Below are positions 11,227 to 23,905 of a stretch of DNA of 64,000 nucleotides, piece after piece (position 1 is the first letter of the stretch; the number at the start of each line of letters is the position of its first letter). The DNA comes from Cyanidioschyzon merolae (Eukaryota): the NCBI GenBank assembly GCA_000091205.1, contig AP006483.2; one strand, 5' to 3'. Made by a program: the position numbers and the translations under genes. Under the pieces are notes generated by a model. The model made no database searches and was not told where the DNA came from. It saw only the letters and a list, made by a program, of their open reading frames with translations.

Positions 11227-12246
11227 GAACCGATCCCTCGTCTCGGTGGTAAGCGCCGCGGTGCTGCTGCCGCACAACTGCAGCTGTGCGCGATCTGCTG
11301 CCGTCGAATGCCGTCGACGACGCGCTGTGCCTGCGGGAACGCGCAATGCCCTGCAGACGTCATTCGTTTGGGCGTCGTTGCTCCGGAAATGGGCGTCAAA
11401 GGGTACGCTCCTTGCGACGAGCTTGCTTGTTTTGGTCCCTGATACTGTGCTTAGCGTTTCGCGGAACCCGCTTCCGCATACATTCCCAGAATGGCGACGA
11501 CGGCGCAGGAACACGGACGAGGTCCGAGCGTCCGAGAATGCCAACAAGCGGTAAGCGTTTCTCCAGCGCTTCAAGTCTCATTGTTGTACCGCGACGCGAC
11601 CAAACATACCACGTACTAGAAAAGAGTACGAACGCGCCCTGAGCTGCATATCGTGACCGGAACACCCATGGCGCTGCAGCACCACGTTCGCTAGGGGCTT
11701 CAGTTTTCCGATCGTATATAGAGATGTTCTCGGGGATGCGTCCAGTTGTCATATCTACGGAGGATCGTGCCAGGCACATATTCATCGCTCCGAGCACGCA
11801 TAATCTGCCTATGCTTCGCTTTATCCGTATGTGACAGCATGCCGATCAAGTGCCCCGTACCCATAAAGCCAATCCCCATCGAAGCCGTATTTTCATAGCA
11901 CTCGCATTCGGAACGCTCCCAGGATAGACGCACACTCCAGGTAGGACGTGTACGCTGTACACACGAGTCTATGCATGCACGATTCACTGATTTCTTCGAG
12001 CAAATGTTCATGCATGCATGCATGCACTGCGATGGACACGTCACCCGCAGCCTCGACGAGTGCACGCATCGTGCGCACGCATCGTCGGGCAACGGCTGTG
12101 CGTACAGCGCTCGCTGCGCGCACACGCTCCCTCCGCACTCATTGATTCATTCTCTTTCGTGTTTTTCACGCGACAACGTGCGTGCGCTACTGTACAGGAA
12201 CGTGCGCAAGAGCGTTCCGGTACACCCCGGAGCACTTGGTGCACCC

Positions 12247-13086
12247 ATGGGTAACCGACCCTCCACGGAGCGACGGCTGGCGGGTGATGCAACTCGGCAA
12301 CCGCCACCGCCGCCACCGCCTGGCAGGTCTGTGAATGCACGCAACGGGCCGACTTCATCGACGTCGACCACGTCAGTACCGTGGATGCCGCAACAAGCTC
12401 CAGGCCCTGCATCTGAGTCTCCGCCAACCTTTACAATGGCGGCAGGCACGCGACACATATACGCACCGAGTCTGCCGATACGGCCGCTGACCGAAGTACC
12501 CTACTATCCGTACCTGCGGTATCGGGTTGTTGTCGAAGACGAGTACGGTTCGTTGCTCGTAGTGACACGGGAGGGTCTTCGTCGTCAACGGGATGCCATT
12601 CGAGTTGCTTGTGAAACGGAAGCAGATCCTTACGCACTCATCGCGCTGGCCACGTGGCAGCAACGCAAAGCACGCGTGAGTCCAGTGGAGCTCGACCAGG
12701 TTTGTCCGCCGCAGCGCTTCGCATCGCTGGAGGCCAACGACGCCCACACTGTCGAGACTACAGCTGCGCAGACTTGATCTATCTGTCTGGAGAACTTCGC
12801 ACCGGAGTCTGCTGTTCGAAAACTGCCCCGATGTGGTCATGTTTTCCATGACGATTGCATTCGCGGTTGGGCATGCCACAAGCGTGCACAGTGCCCGGTG
12901 TGCCGAACCTGGGTTCTTGACGACGCTGACATGTTGCGACGTTCCATGGCCGAGGCAGCGATCAGGGCTGAGCTGCAACATGCAGCCCTTGTCGAAGAAC
13001 GAATACGGGAGTACTTGCGTCGTCAGGTTGCTTTATCCAGAGCATGCGGTTGCCGAACCGATACACAGGTTCCGAACGGAACCTGA
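12247..13086 (+). CDS. RING-H2 zinc-finger protein (N-myristoylation-type MGN start), interrupted by an in-frame TGA at 12775-12777
   Basis: The same frame continues on both sides of the TGA: ...DAHTVETTAAQT[TGA]SICLENFAPESAVRKLPRCGHVFHDDCIRGWACHKRAQCPVCRTWVLDD.... The stop sits exactly where the first Cys of the C-x2-C RING pair is expected. A poly-Pro and Ser/Thr-rich region lies upstream. Confidence 0.55.
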
Positions 13087-13097
13087 ACAGTCTCGGG

Positions 13098-15087
13098 TCA
13101 GAATTTGTTTTCTGAACTGAACACACACTCTCGAAGACGCGCTTTCAGATGCTCGAAGGATTCCCTTTCATCGCGAACCTGTCTTACGAGTCGGTACCAG
13201 CGACTCGGAGCGGAGTCGGGTGATTCCATGGACGCTTGTGATTGCGGATCATTCGGGGACTGGCGATTTTCCGCTGGTAACGCCCCAGCAAAGCCCCACG
13301 AGGCAGCACAGCGCGTTTGCTGCGGCCAAAGCGTTGCAGGAACGAGCATATCCGCTGCCCCAAGCTCCGTTAAATGACGCACAACCCAGCCCGCCAGCTG
13401 CGTTTGCAAATAGAACGATTCATGCTGCTGGTTTGCGTCTGTCATGGTAGCTTGCAGGGTCGTTACGCACTGCTCTGTGATCGTTGCGATTTGATAACAT
13501 GTCTCCGCGTGGCGCGAGTTCGTTCGGACATCGGCCCAGCGTCGAAGCGCACTGGCCCAGCTCGCCCAGCGTGAGGCAATACCCGCAACGCCACTTGCGG
13601 TGAAGCTGGTGTCTGTGGGCGCGTCACGAGTCGATTCCGCAGCCACCGTTGGCACATCCGTCTCACTCAGCTTGAGAAGCACAATCGAGAGCGGTAGCAT
13701 CGGCATTGGCTCAGAAATACAGGGGAATGAGATGCACTGGGTTTGGAACCAGTCCCACAGAATGTCGAAAGAAACGTTTTGTGTATGGCGGACAGCAAAA
13801 CATGCAAAGGCAGATTTGCGGTTCTCGTACACGAGCACTGTATCGTGCAAATGTTTTGTGCACGAAATACCCTCAGGCGTTGCTCTCTTTGTCGTCATTG
13901 CTGACGTTGGTGTTGGTGTTGTCGTCGCCAGTGGCGATAGCATCATGAGCACCACCAGCGGGAATCGTCGTTGGCGCGCAAAATCCGTGGACATCTCGGT
14001 CGCTTTCGATCGAATCACTTGTTTGAGCGGAGACGCGCACACTGATGGTGCGTCACCGCGCACCACGGCCAGCAGACCAGCCAGGTTATCGGGACACATG
14101 TTCCCTGGCAAAACAAGCTGCAGCTGTTGCCGCTGATGCTGCGCATACGACTCGGAATCATCTTGCTCGTTGCATCGGATACAGAGGTCCTGACAGAGTC
14201 CTTGGACGAGGTCTTTGCACACAATGTCGTGCGGGGGCCACCAGACACCAATCCGCAGGTCTCCTGCTAGGGATGATGCCAGACGCAGTACCGCGAAGGT
14301 CTCAGGTGGCGGCGCAGTTTGCTGCACGCGCGGGCTTGTTGATGGATGCTCGGGCGCTGCAGCGGCCGCGACCGGCGGTAACGGCAGCGACACTAAACGA
14401 GTCAGCGGACTGGGGCGAAGTACCAGCTCTTGTACGAGGCGATCACGAAGCAGGCGTTGTGTCTGTGCGATGGTGGCTTCTTCACGGAGCTTGGAAGCCG
14501 CCTGGACCGCACGCTCAACAGCGCTTTGATACGCAGCGATTTGGCGGAGTAGGCGGTTGATTCGTGGGCCAACCTCTGAAGCCGGTCGACTAGCTGCGCT
14601 CAGTTGCGCAGCAGTCTGTTTGAGCTGACCCAAAACATGATGTGTTTGCTCTAGACGTGATTCGAGCTCGGTCAATTGCTCCCAGAAAGATGATGGTAGT
14701 GCGCCACCACGCTCACGCAGATTTTGCGCAAGATATCGTTCTAGCATGAGACCAGCGAGCACCAAGTACTCGATGGCATAGGCGGGCTCGTGGCGCGCCA
14801 GGAGCCACTGCGCATCCAATTGTTCCAGGGCTGCTTCGACTTGCTCATCGTGTGCTGCTTCCATTCGCACCAGAGCAGCGCCCGTGGGCGGTATGGGCGG
14901 CGGCATTGCCGTCACCGGGCGCTCGCGTGGCACGTCACTTGGTGCGAGGGTTTTGTCATCGACAGCCACCGAGGAGTGCTCCAGCCCAGACTCGCGCCCT
15001 GTTGGCGTTGCTCGCGTCTGGTGTGGTGTCATCAGTGCTGGGATCGCTTCAATAGGCGCTCTCTGGACGGCATCCGAGGCCATTTCT

Positions 15088-15126
<39 letters not shown>

Positions 15127-17900
15127 TCTGTAGCCTGCCTTTGAGCCTTGTTGTCGAACTGAAAAGACGCGGGCGCTGGCTTCGTAGGCGGCACGATTCC
15201 TGTCTGCCCTGTTGACGACCATGGCGAGCGTGCAACCGCACGCTCCGATACCTCCTCCGGCCGTATGGTGCGTTGCGAGGTCGGTCCCATCACCGCTGCG
15301 GCAGCTTGTACTGGAGCGTTCACAGCTGCCGTAGCAACTGCGTTCCATTCGCGCCGCCGGCTGCCTTCAGCTGCAGCTGGCTGTTGCGCATCCGCGGCAT
15401 AGGCGTCTGCGGCAGAAACTTTGCCTCCTCCACTGATAGACGCCGTCGGGGTGTTGGTCCCAGTTTGGAGCAGCAGCGGCCGCGCATCCTGCAACCTCTG
15501 CGCTCGTTCCGAGTCGTGCACGTCTCGGTCAACACCAGCAGTACATTCATGCATCTGGGGCGTTCCGACTTGTGAGCCAAATGCTACCGGCTCTTTTGTT
15601 GCTGCTTCCGGAGATGGACGCGGTTCGAGAAGCGATTGCGCGTTGCGGACACATGCAGTTGGCAAGTCCACCGAGATGCCGTTGCCACTGCCGCTGCCGC
15701 TGCTGCTGCTCGCCATCTCGTTACGAGGGCATGCGTCCGACCACTTTTCGCCACCAGCAGCGCCAGGCACGCCGCTTCTCAACTCCACGCTCATCTGATG
15801 CGAATCGCTTCTATCCTGAGAAAACGGCGCCGAGTTCGCCGTTGCAGGCACGGCCACGTGCGGGTCTTTGGAAGCCACTTGTCGTTCGGAACGCTGTCTG
15901 GCGAGCTCAGCAGCTATACGCTCCCGCAAACACTGCTCCCGGGATGCGGGCGGCACCTTGCCTTGGATAATTTCACTGGGTTTGAGGCCCAGCGCCTTGC
16001 GTTCGACACAACGCTGGCCTACGAACCAGTAGAGCGGTCGCAAGGTCGCCTGTGTGGCGTCGGCTGTCTTTGCACGCAGTCTGGACACGTGTGGCTCCAG
16101 TGTCGCAAGCGCGACGCTGTCACCGTCGACGGTAACGTGCAAGTCGCAGCTCCGCAGGAATGCTGCTGCATCGTCATCATCATCAAAGGCAAGCAACGAC
16201 ACCAGCGCGCTGAGAGGCCATACTTCCTGACGTGCTGCGGCACGAGCCAACTGCTCCAGCGCCCACAGCCGCATCATACCAAAGTGCCGATGCATCATAC
16301 ACGCTTGGAGGAAGGAGACTTGCGCGAGCAATCGACCGAAAAACGCCTGAAAATCGCCAGCTTGACGAGCCCGAATCACTTGCAGTGCAAGCTGAACTTG
16401 CTCACTGTGCAGTGTCTCCGGATCGAGTTCGCGCAGGATCTGGATGACGGCGTCGTTGCGGTTCTGGAGTAATAGATAGTACGCCTCAAACTCGCTTCGA
16501 TGGGCACTTACAGAACGACCCTGTCGAGCGGCTTCTCGATAGAGGTGACAAAGCGCTAATAAACATTTGTCAAGCTGCTCCATATTCTGTTTTGAGGAGA
16601 AGACCTCTGGTCCAGTGACGGCCAATCGATACTCGGCGAGGATGTGAAAGCGTACGCACTGCTCATGCACCCAGGCACAGTTGGTGTCATAGATACCCTG
16701 GTACGTGAAATCCTGTCGAATACTGCGTGTTCGATCCCGTAAGAACGCGTAGACTTCGTGAAATGGAACATCTTCACGATCCACAATATGCTGCAACAGG
16801 TATTCCATTGTCTGACGCAACACGTGCGGTGGGCGCACTTGTTCCGGACGCACGGCTTCTGCACCGGCAGCCGGTCGCGCAAACTTTTTCACCATGAGTT
16901 GTGGGTTCGGCTCGAGGGTGCGCTCCGGGTTCAAACTCATTTCGAGAACATGCACGTCACGTTGCATCCGACGTTGGTGTTGCTCCTCCAGGGGACACAT
17001 CATCAGGCAGGTACCCAGGAGCGCAGGTTGCGCATCCAGCGGCAACGGCAGCGCAGTGGATGCGCTGCTCCCAGCCTGTTGCTGAGAGTCTCCGTGCTCC
17101 CCAGAAGCGAACACGGGCTCCCGATGCTTCGTCCAGGGATCGGTTGTGGAACGAGCGTTTGGTGGCAGGGCGTCGCTTCGGAGGGTCTCGTCGTGCTGAG
17201 CATTCAGGTCTTCATGATGGGCGTCACTGTGTGCAGTGGTTGTTGCGGGCATCGATGCTTGAAAAACACTGATACGCTGCTCTGGAAACGTACCGACAGT
17301 GGAAGCTGTTCGTGATGCGGTTTCCCAAGTCTCGTTCAACGTCCCGGGTAGTGCTTGATATCCACTGGTCTGGGTCGGCGGCGGGAAAGCGGCAGCTTCT
17401 GTGGTCGAACGAGTTATCGACTGCAGGGATGATTTGGCGGCGTTGACAGATGCTCCTGCTGACGTTCCCGTACGCTCTTCGGGAATCATCGCTGGTCCGA
17501 ATGCGTTCTGAGGAGGATACGCAGCTTGCCAGCGCTGCAGGGACGCTCGTGCTGCAGGCGGGATATAGTAACGAAGGCGAAAGTTCGGTCGGTTTCCCAG
17601 CGCAGAGGTGGTCGTGTTGGGAGCCTTACGAAGCGCTGCAGCTGCAGCTCTTTGCGTCTGAAACTCTATGAGCGCGCTCCGTTTCTGCGGACGCACCTGC
17701 ACGCGGGTCACTTGTTTGGGTACCACCTGTTCGAAGTATGTGCGAAGGCGCTCTTCATCGCAGTACGCTTCAGGGCACTGGAGCAGCAGCAGTGTCCGGC
17801 CACGGTACCGCACCTGTCCGGTTGGCGAGAGGTAGATCTGACCTTCATCGGGTAGCGCTTCGAGTACTTTGCTTCTTTCGTGGAACTCAGCGGTGTCCAT
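13098..17900 (-). CDS. SAC3/GANP-family nuclear mRNA export protein (N-terminal RRM-like region plus SAC3 homology domain)
   Basis: 1600 aa from ATG 17900. The SAC3/GANP signature LLGTCLMMCPLEEQHQRRMQRDVHVLE...PHVLRQTMEYLLQHIV...FHEVYAFLRDRTRSIRQDFTYQG is present. An N-terminal RRM-like fold (RTLLLLQCPEAY...RSALIEFQT) precedes it. The C-terminal half is long, Ala/Ser/Pro-rich and low in complexity. Confidence 0.8.
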
Positions 17901-20797
17901 AGGCTTGCTGCCGGCAAGTCCTCTCCCGGTACGAACAGCCGCGCTTCAAGCGCAGTGCTCGCTCGTGAGTTGAGAAGCTTCCTCCTGGATTCAGCTGTAA
18001 ACCTCAGCGTCGCAGACACGGAAGCAGCAGTATGCTGCAAGTGCGCAAGGCAGTCCAGAGAAGTTGGATGTTCCTCGGTGTCCTACGCGGGGCCGTGTGG
18101 AGCTGCCCTGGCACTCGACCATTCGCCTCGGGGACCCGGAGCGTCCGACCTACAACTTCCCGTCTTCTAAACTAAACCAGTACGGTGCGGTACGAAGTGA
18201 ACGCGTAGCACCAGACGCTCAAAGCACGAACCAGTGGTGGCACGTGGAAGAACGCTTCTTCATGACCGTAACAACGGCAAACGCAAGTCTGCGTTGCTGG
18301 ATGCGCTAGCGGTGTTGGTTTCTGGACTTGTCGCCGGTAACGCGCGGTTGCACTAGTGACAACGTCTCTTGAGCGAAATGGCCTGCTCTGGGACAAGCCA
18401 GCTTTGATGCCTGATAGCTAGAAGCTTGCTTCAGCTGTGAGCGTTCCGGGAACGGGCGTCCCAGCTCCGGCTTCTGACCAGCTGGCCGAGAACTTGCTTC
18501 GAAGCGAGCAGGACTCGTCGTCGGCGTTGCATTCGTTATGATCGAAATCAGTCGAGCGAAACAGAATCTACACGAAGGAACCGCCTTGTATGATACTATC
18601 ACTCGCGACGTGTTGCTATGGAGCAGACGCTGGTGCACGCTCTAACGAGGCGCTCGTTCGTTTGTTGCGTCTCGAACCAGGGGAAACGAGAACATTGACT
18701 CGTAGACTCGCTAGTCTCCGATAGGGACACCTCACTTCCTGCCAAGTTGCAACATATCGCGCAGCGTATTCTAGCGGCTGCTCGTGAGCGAGCTCCTTGG
18801 CTACTTGTTGCGAACGCACTGAGTGGAAGCGCGTCGAGCCTCGGCGTGTACCTCGTCAAGAACGTTGTTTTGTGATGTTGCTGACAAGCTTCACCGGTTT
18901 ATGAACCGAATTCGCTGCGTGGCACCTGCCCATTGTTGCAACGCCAAAGAGGGAGCACGGGCTGGGGACAACCTTCGAGGAGCACGTCCCGCTGCGGGAG
19001 TGTTCAGCGTATCTGCTCACCGCCAGGTGCAGATACAGCTGCAGTCGCTTCCTGTTGTCGGTCGCAAGTGACAGAATTTACACCTGAATGATATCGCGCA
19101 GATGATCGCATGATCCTTTTTCTGCCAATACGGTGACATGGGTACTCCACTAGCGTTCTGTAGCATTCCTAGACCCGAGCGTATTCCATTCGCGTTCACT
19201 GCTTCGATGGTATGGAGCGACTCGTATACGACACATATACGTCACCTATACACATGCTGTGTCGCTACATGTCATCCACACAGTACCGCAGAGCGCCCAC
19301 TGCAGCCGCATTCGGATACGTGTAGGCTGTGGGTGTCGGGCGTTGCCTGGAGGGCGTGAGTTCGCCAGATCGCTCTTGAGCTAGTCGACTTTGGTATTGG
19401 GCATCATCGGATGCTGGAATGGAGCCTTCTGTGGTGACCAGTTCGTTTCTCCTACGTGACCCAAGAAGGCGCTCATCGTTTCGAACGGTAAGCGGTCAGA
19501 GGAGAAGGCAAAAACTGATACCGATGCACACTCGGGCACCTTGCTCTACGAACTGCGTGGCGGCCTCGATCCATCGAGCAGCTCAGCGGTGCATCGATCT
19601 GCAGCAAGTGCAGCGGATGATACCGGTGCTGCGTATCGAGACCAACGCCTCTAGAGCAGTTCGATAACGGAATCGGGTCGAAAGCAATCTTTCCAGGAGG
19701 CCAGCGCTCAGCTAGTGTGCACGCTCATACTGGAAGCTGTTGGAGTGCTTTTTGGATTCGTCGCGGGCGATAAGCGTTTGCGAAGCGTGTGCGTCAGAGC
19801 AGCAAACAGACCCAGCCGGATAGCGGCAAATACAAGCGATATCTAATGAATGGAGTGCCTTAGGTGCCGGTGCGGTGCGAGAGCATTCGCGAGTCTCGTG
19901 GAAACAACAGAGGAAGAGCGCAGCTGCAACTTTCGTGGCAACTGCTGCACAGACGGCTGCTTCCGATTCCATGACCCATAACCACTGCGATAGGTGATGC
20001 ATATGAGTTGCTGCAGCCGCCTCAGCGTAAAAGAGTGCCACCTGGTTGCAGCGCGCTTGCGGTGCATGCATCAGTCGTGCTCAACGCTGCGCTTCTAGTC
20101 CGAGCATCGCGCGTCATCTACAGGCCTGTTCGTTGGACTAGCATCCGCCCCTACCCGCGGGGTATCGATACAGATGGTGCATTGAACTTTCGTCGTGATC
20201 ATTCGAACGACGGATCTGATTTCCCTCAATTTCTTCGTGGATGACAAGGCTGCTTTCTATCCGCCGCATTCGCAAGCGCGTCTTCCTCCCAAACTCTTGA
20301 CGCAGCGAGTTCGCATTAGCCTTGATCCGCCATTGCAACGCTCGAATATCCGATCCAGAAAGCGGTGTTTTGAATACTCGAGCCGTGTGTGCTTCCCGAA
20401 CATTCGAGCTGTTTTCGTCAAGAGCAGCGATCCGGAGAGGTAGCATGGCCCTGGTCAGGACTCCACGGCCCACATCGCGCACGTGACGTACAACTTTGGT
20501 GCACTGACCAGCGCTGTCGTCTTGCGCAAAGCATTCGACGCACCATGCACATCGTCTGCAACTCGCCGCGGCTTGCAGCGAATAAGAAAGGCACGGTTGC
20601 GTCAACCTTACCGACGATGCAGGCATCTACCCAGCGAAGATCGTGCAGCGCATGGTCGCTGCGTGATTGGCTCCCAGGAATGCTATGATGGAAGCGTACC
20701 AAACTTTTGCGATGCCAGGAGCGCACTGATACCAACGTTGTGACGGATCTCGCCAAATGCAAACTCAACGTTTGCAGCTCCGACGTTCGCCTCTGCT

Positions 20798-21436
20798 CTA
20801 GGGAATGGTCTCGAACGGAGCAGTGTCGCGATAACATGGTTCAAATGCACGTTCTACGGCGTCTCGAGCTTCTGCTTCACTACAGTTGCGGTTCATTTTG
20901 ACGCTCATTTCGGCTCTGCGCTTGATGCAACGACGGAACTGCCCGCCGATGCGAAAATGGCTACGAGCGACTTCACGGAGCCAGTCGCAATCACCGCTGA
21001 GTGCAGCGGCTCGAATCTCACTGCAGGCATGGTGGACGCAGTTGCTCCAGTCCAAATATGCCCTACACTGATCGTAGGCGTGAATAAGTTCGTGGACTAG
21101 CGTCGTCGATGTCATTGACTGCGACTGCAAATGATTGGCACACAGGATGACGGTGCCATCGTCCTGGAAGCCACCGCCAACAGCGGCCTCACAGTGGCGA
21201 CAGCAGATCCGAGAAGACAACTTCTCCGCGGCACCGGGCTCCAAGGACTGCACCCCGGGCGAAGGCGGCGTTCCCGTCTGTTCAACGAACACTGGGCACC
21301 CGGCCTCGCGGAGCGCTCTCACCATGAACTGCACAGTCGGGTTCGAATGAACTGCTCGTTGCACGAACTTTTCGCATCGCTCGAGATCGGCCGTATTTCC
21401 AACTCCTTGGTCCTCGATTTGCGCTTCAACAACCAT
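20798..21436 (-). CDS. ATP23: Mitochondrial inner-membrane metalloprotease ATP23
   Basis: 212 aa from the first ATG (21436); the track start at 21616 is a GTG. The HExxH motif lies in LVHELIHAYDQCR, with the conserved Cys pattern (ERCEKFVQRAV...REAGCP..., ...CSEIRAAALSGDC) typical of Atp23/XRCC6BP1. Confidence 0.75.
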   Translation of the reverse strand: MVVEAQIEDQGVGNTADLERCEKFVQRAVHSNPTVQFMVRALREAGCPVFVEQTGTPPSPGVQSLEPGAAEKLSSRICCRHCEAAVGGGFQDDGTVILCANHLQSQSMTSTTLVHELIHAYDQCRAYLDWSNCVHHACSEIRAAALSGDCDWLREVARSHFRIGGQFRRCIKRRAEMSVKMNRNCSEAEARDAVERAFEPCYRDTAPFETIP

Positions 21437-22261
21437 GATCAGGGAGACAAAAAGCTTGTGACAGATTGCTCTGCCAGTGCGCTTCCTGTTTGGGTCTATG
21501 GCACTGCGATTCGCTGCCTGGTCGCAAAAAAGTAAGCAGCGACAACGTCCTTGTTTGAACGTTCTAAGCGGCACTGCACAGTCTTCCAAGCACCTTGAAT
21601 AGTCGGCACCGAACACAGCGTCCTGGTAAAGACCTGTTCTGTTTTACGTGCCCTTCTACCGCTAGTCAGAGCCCGTCGACGTGTCTTCGCAGTGAGCCGG
21701 AGTTCAGTTAAAGCTGTTTTCTAGAGCGTATTCCTTGACCTGGGACTCAGACTTGTCCAATATAGTGTAGCAAGCCCTCTTCGCCGTGCACTTTTTCCGA
21801 CGACTCGAAAAGCGAATGCCACCGCAACAGCTGCTGCAGTTCGGCGTCGACGACGCTCCCGAGGCGCCCGGCTCGAGTTTCACAGTGCAGCGTACGCCCT
21901 TTGAATAACGACACACTTTCGTGCACCCAGTCTCCACTTGATCGAGCGGGAAGTCGCCCACTCGGCGAAGACTAGACGACAAGCGCTGCCCGTACAAGTC
22001 GCTTCGTGCGCCCAGGTCAATGGAGCGATGCGGTGCGGAGACAGGTTGCAAGAAACTACAACAAATAGGACATAAATGTATTAAAATGCCCTGTCGTTTG
22101 GAAAGACTCGCTGTCCATCGTCGAGGCTCGTTGAAGCGATTTGCGGACGTACTACAGCACTGTAGACAAGTTGCTTTCAGGAGACACTCGGTTCGAGAGT
22201 TGAAAGCAATCGCCGCGTGCGAGATATGGTGTGAGTCTAGACGAGGCTGCGGACTCTGCTG

Positions 22262-23056
22262 ATGCTGTCCACAAACAATGATCCGTTTTATCGTTTCAAA
22301 GCTAGCGTGGAGCAGCAGTTGACTGCGCTCGAGACAAGCTTACGACAGACGAGTCCCAACGGCTTTGGGCTTGAACTCGCTTCTCATGATGGCTCGCTAT
22401 CAGTCGACGGATCTTCCAACTTTGAGGCTAGCAAGGCGAAACTGAAAGAGAATCTGCGAGAGCTTTCCGAAACCGTTCGTGTTGTTCGAGGCAACCGCGA
22501 ACGTTTCCCTATAACGGACGCGGAGCTTGCCGAACGAGAGCACGCCATTCATGAACTCTGGCAGCGACTCGACGCTTTGGAGTTGTCAGGAAAACAACCT
22601 GCTGTAGTGGACTCTCTTTTCTCCGCGCGACCTGGGTCGCGCTCGCGTCAGCGAGACACGGAGCCGTTTGCGAGCACCGCGTCGACCGGACGACCCCTGG
22701 ACTACGCAGCACAAAAGGCAGCGCACCGAATTGAGCGCGAAAATGAGGTATTTTTGGATCAAGAGCAAAAAGAGCAGCGAGTTTTGATCGAACAACAGGA
22801 TCAGGACTTGGAAGATATGTTGTCTGTCGTGAAGAGGCTCGGCGATATGGGTCTGGCGATCCGAAGTGAGGCTTTGCGGCACGTTGAACGCATCGATGCA
22901 GTCGATTCGAGCATGAGCGCAGTCCAGTCTCGCTTCAGGCAAGTACAGTCCCGCTTGGAGTCGCTTATTCAGGAGACGGGACGGGAACGTTTATGTTCCT
23001 TGCTGGGACTGTTTGCGGTATTCGTTGTTCTGCTATTGTTGGTACTCTATACCTAG
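22262..23056 (+). CDS. Qc-SNARE, syntaxin-6/Tlg1-like, tail-anchored
   Basis: 264 aa. The N-terminus DPFYRFKASVEQQLTALE resembles the syntaxin-6 N-domain. A C-terminal SNARE heptad motif (DMLSVVKRLGDMGLAIRSEALRHVERIDAVD) is followed by a single TM helix (LCSLLGLFAVFVVLLLLVLYT). Confidence 0.75.
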   Translation: MLSTNNDPFYRFKASVEQQLTALETSLRQTSPNGFGLELASHDGSLSVDGSSNFEASKAKLKENLRELSETVRVVRGNRERFPITDAELAEREHAIHELWQRLDALELSGKQPAVVDSLFSARPGSRSRQRDTEPFASTASTGRPLDYAAQKAAHRIERENEVFLDQEQKEQRVLIEQQDQDLEDMLSVVKRLGDMGLAIRSEALRHVERIDAVDSSMSAVQSRFRQVQSRLESLIQETGRERLCSLLGLFAVFVVLLLLVLYT

Positions 23057-23657
23057 CAATTGGCAACTGACAAGTTAGGACAATGGAAATTGCGTCATGT
23101 CCACGATCTTTGGTTCGAAACTTGTCTGGAAGCCTAAGGTCTCGCATAGCGGAAGCGATCGAGACGGCGGCTGGGTGCTCTCAGGGTATTCGGCACGTCG
23201 TAGCATAGGACATGAGCACCATGTTATGCGAGGCGTGAACCACGAGTGCATCAACTGCTGACGTCGGGTTACCGTTGGCCTCGCAGGACCCCAGCGTTAG
23301 CTGCTTTGAGCGATCGCATACGAACCATTCCCAATGGATATCAGGATACATGACTGGAGAGAAGCCATCTGGACACCGAGGAACGCTCGTTACCCTCGGT
23401 GTCATTAGTAGTTGCCGGCTTGGTGAATAATGCACATGTGTGGGTCCAAAGTCTCCTGGCGCTCTCAGCGAAGTCAGCAAGACTCCCGCGAACAATAGCA
23501 CTATGCTTACAATCATGACACGAAAACGCTGCACGGTCAGTCCGTCGACAGCATTTCACAGCACCAGCGTCGAGTGCCAGCTCGTGCGCCCATGCGTCCA
23601 ACAGGGCAGCGACAGGGCGAGGCGCTTACTGCGCCAGCCGTCGTCTCCGACGCCACC

Positions 23658-23905
23658 ACTAGTATTCGTAATATTTGCGACACCAAGCTAGCGCCATAGA
23701 GACAACTTCGCAGTGTAATGCGTTGGTCAGGTGCAGCGGTTTCGCACGCCCACTGAAGGCATCGCTGCAGCGGGTTGCAACAACTAGTATTTGTAATATT
23801 AGCGACACCAAGCTAGCGCCATAGAGACAACTTCACAGTGTAATGCGTTGGTCAGGTGCAGCGGTTGCGCATGCCCACTGAAGGCATCGCTGCAGCGGGT
23901 TGCAG
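23658..23905. repeat. Tandem direct duplication, 2 units of about 125 bp
   Basis: The unit starts at actagtattcgtaatattTgcgacaccaagctagcgccatagagacaacttc... at 23658 and again at 23783. The two copies differ by about 5 substitutions. Confidence 0.85.

Noticed and set aside
12775-12777. Selenocysteine reading of the in-frame TGA in the RING-H2 gene
   Set aside because: A Sec replacing a zinc-ligand Cys of a RING finger is unprecedented as far as I know. There is no room for a 3'-UTR SECIS, since the convergent gene ends 11 bp downstream. A nonsense mutation or base error is more parsimonious.
12373-12981. 202-aa minus-strand ORF
   Set aside because: It is antisense to the RING-H2 gene and has no motifs.
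23658-23905. 5S rRNA / U-snRNA identity for the 125-bp tandem unit
   Set aside because: I compared it by eye with 5S, U1, U2 and U6 consensus sequences in both orientations and found no convincing match, so it stays an unclassified repeat.
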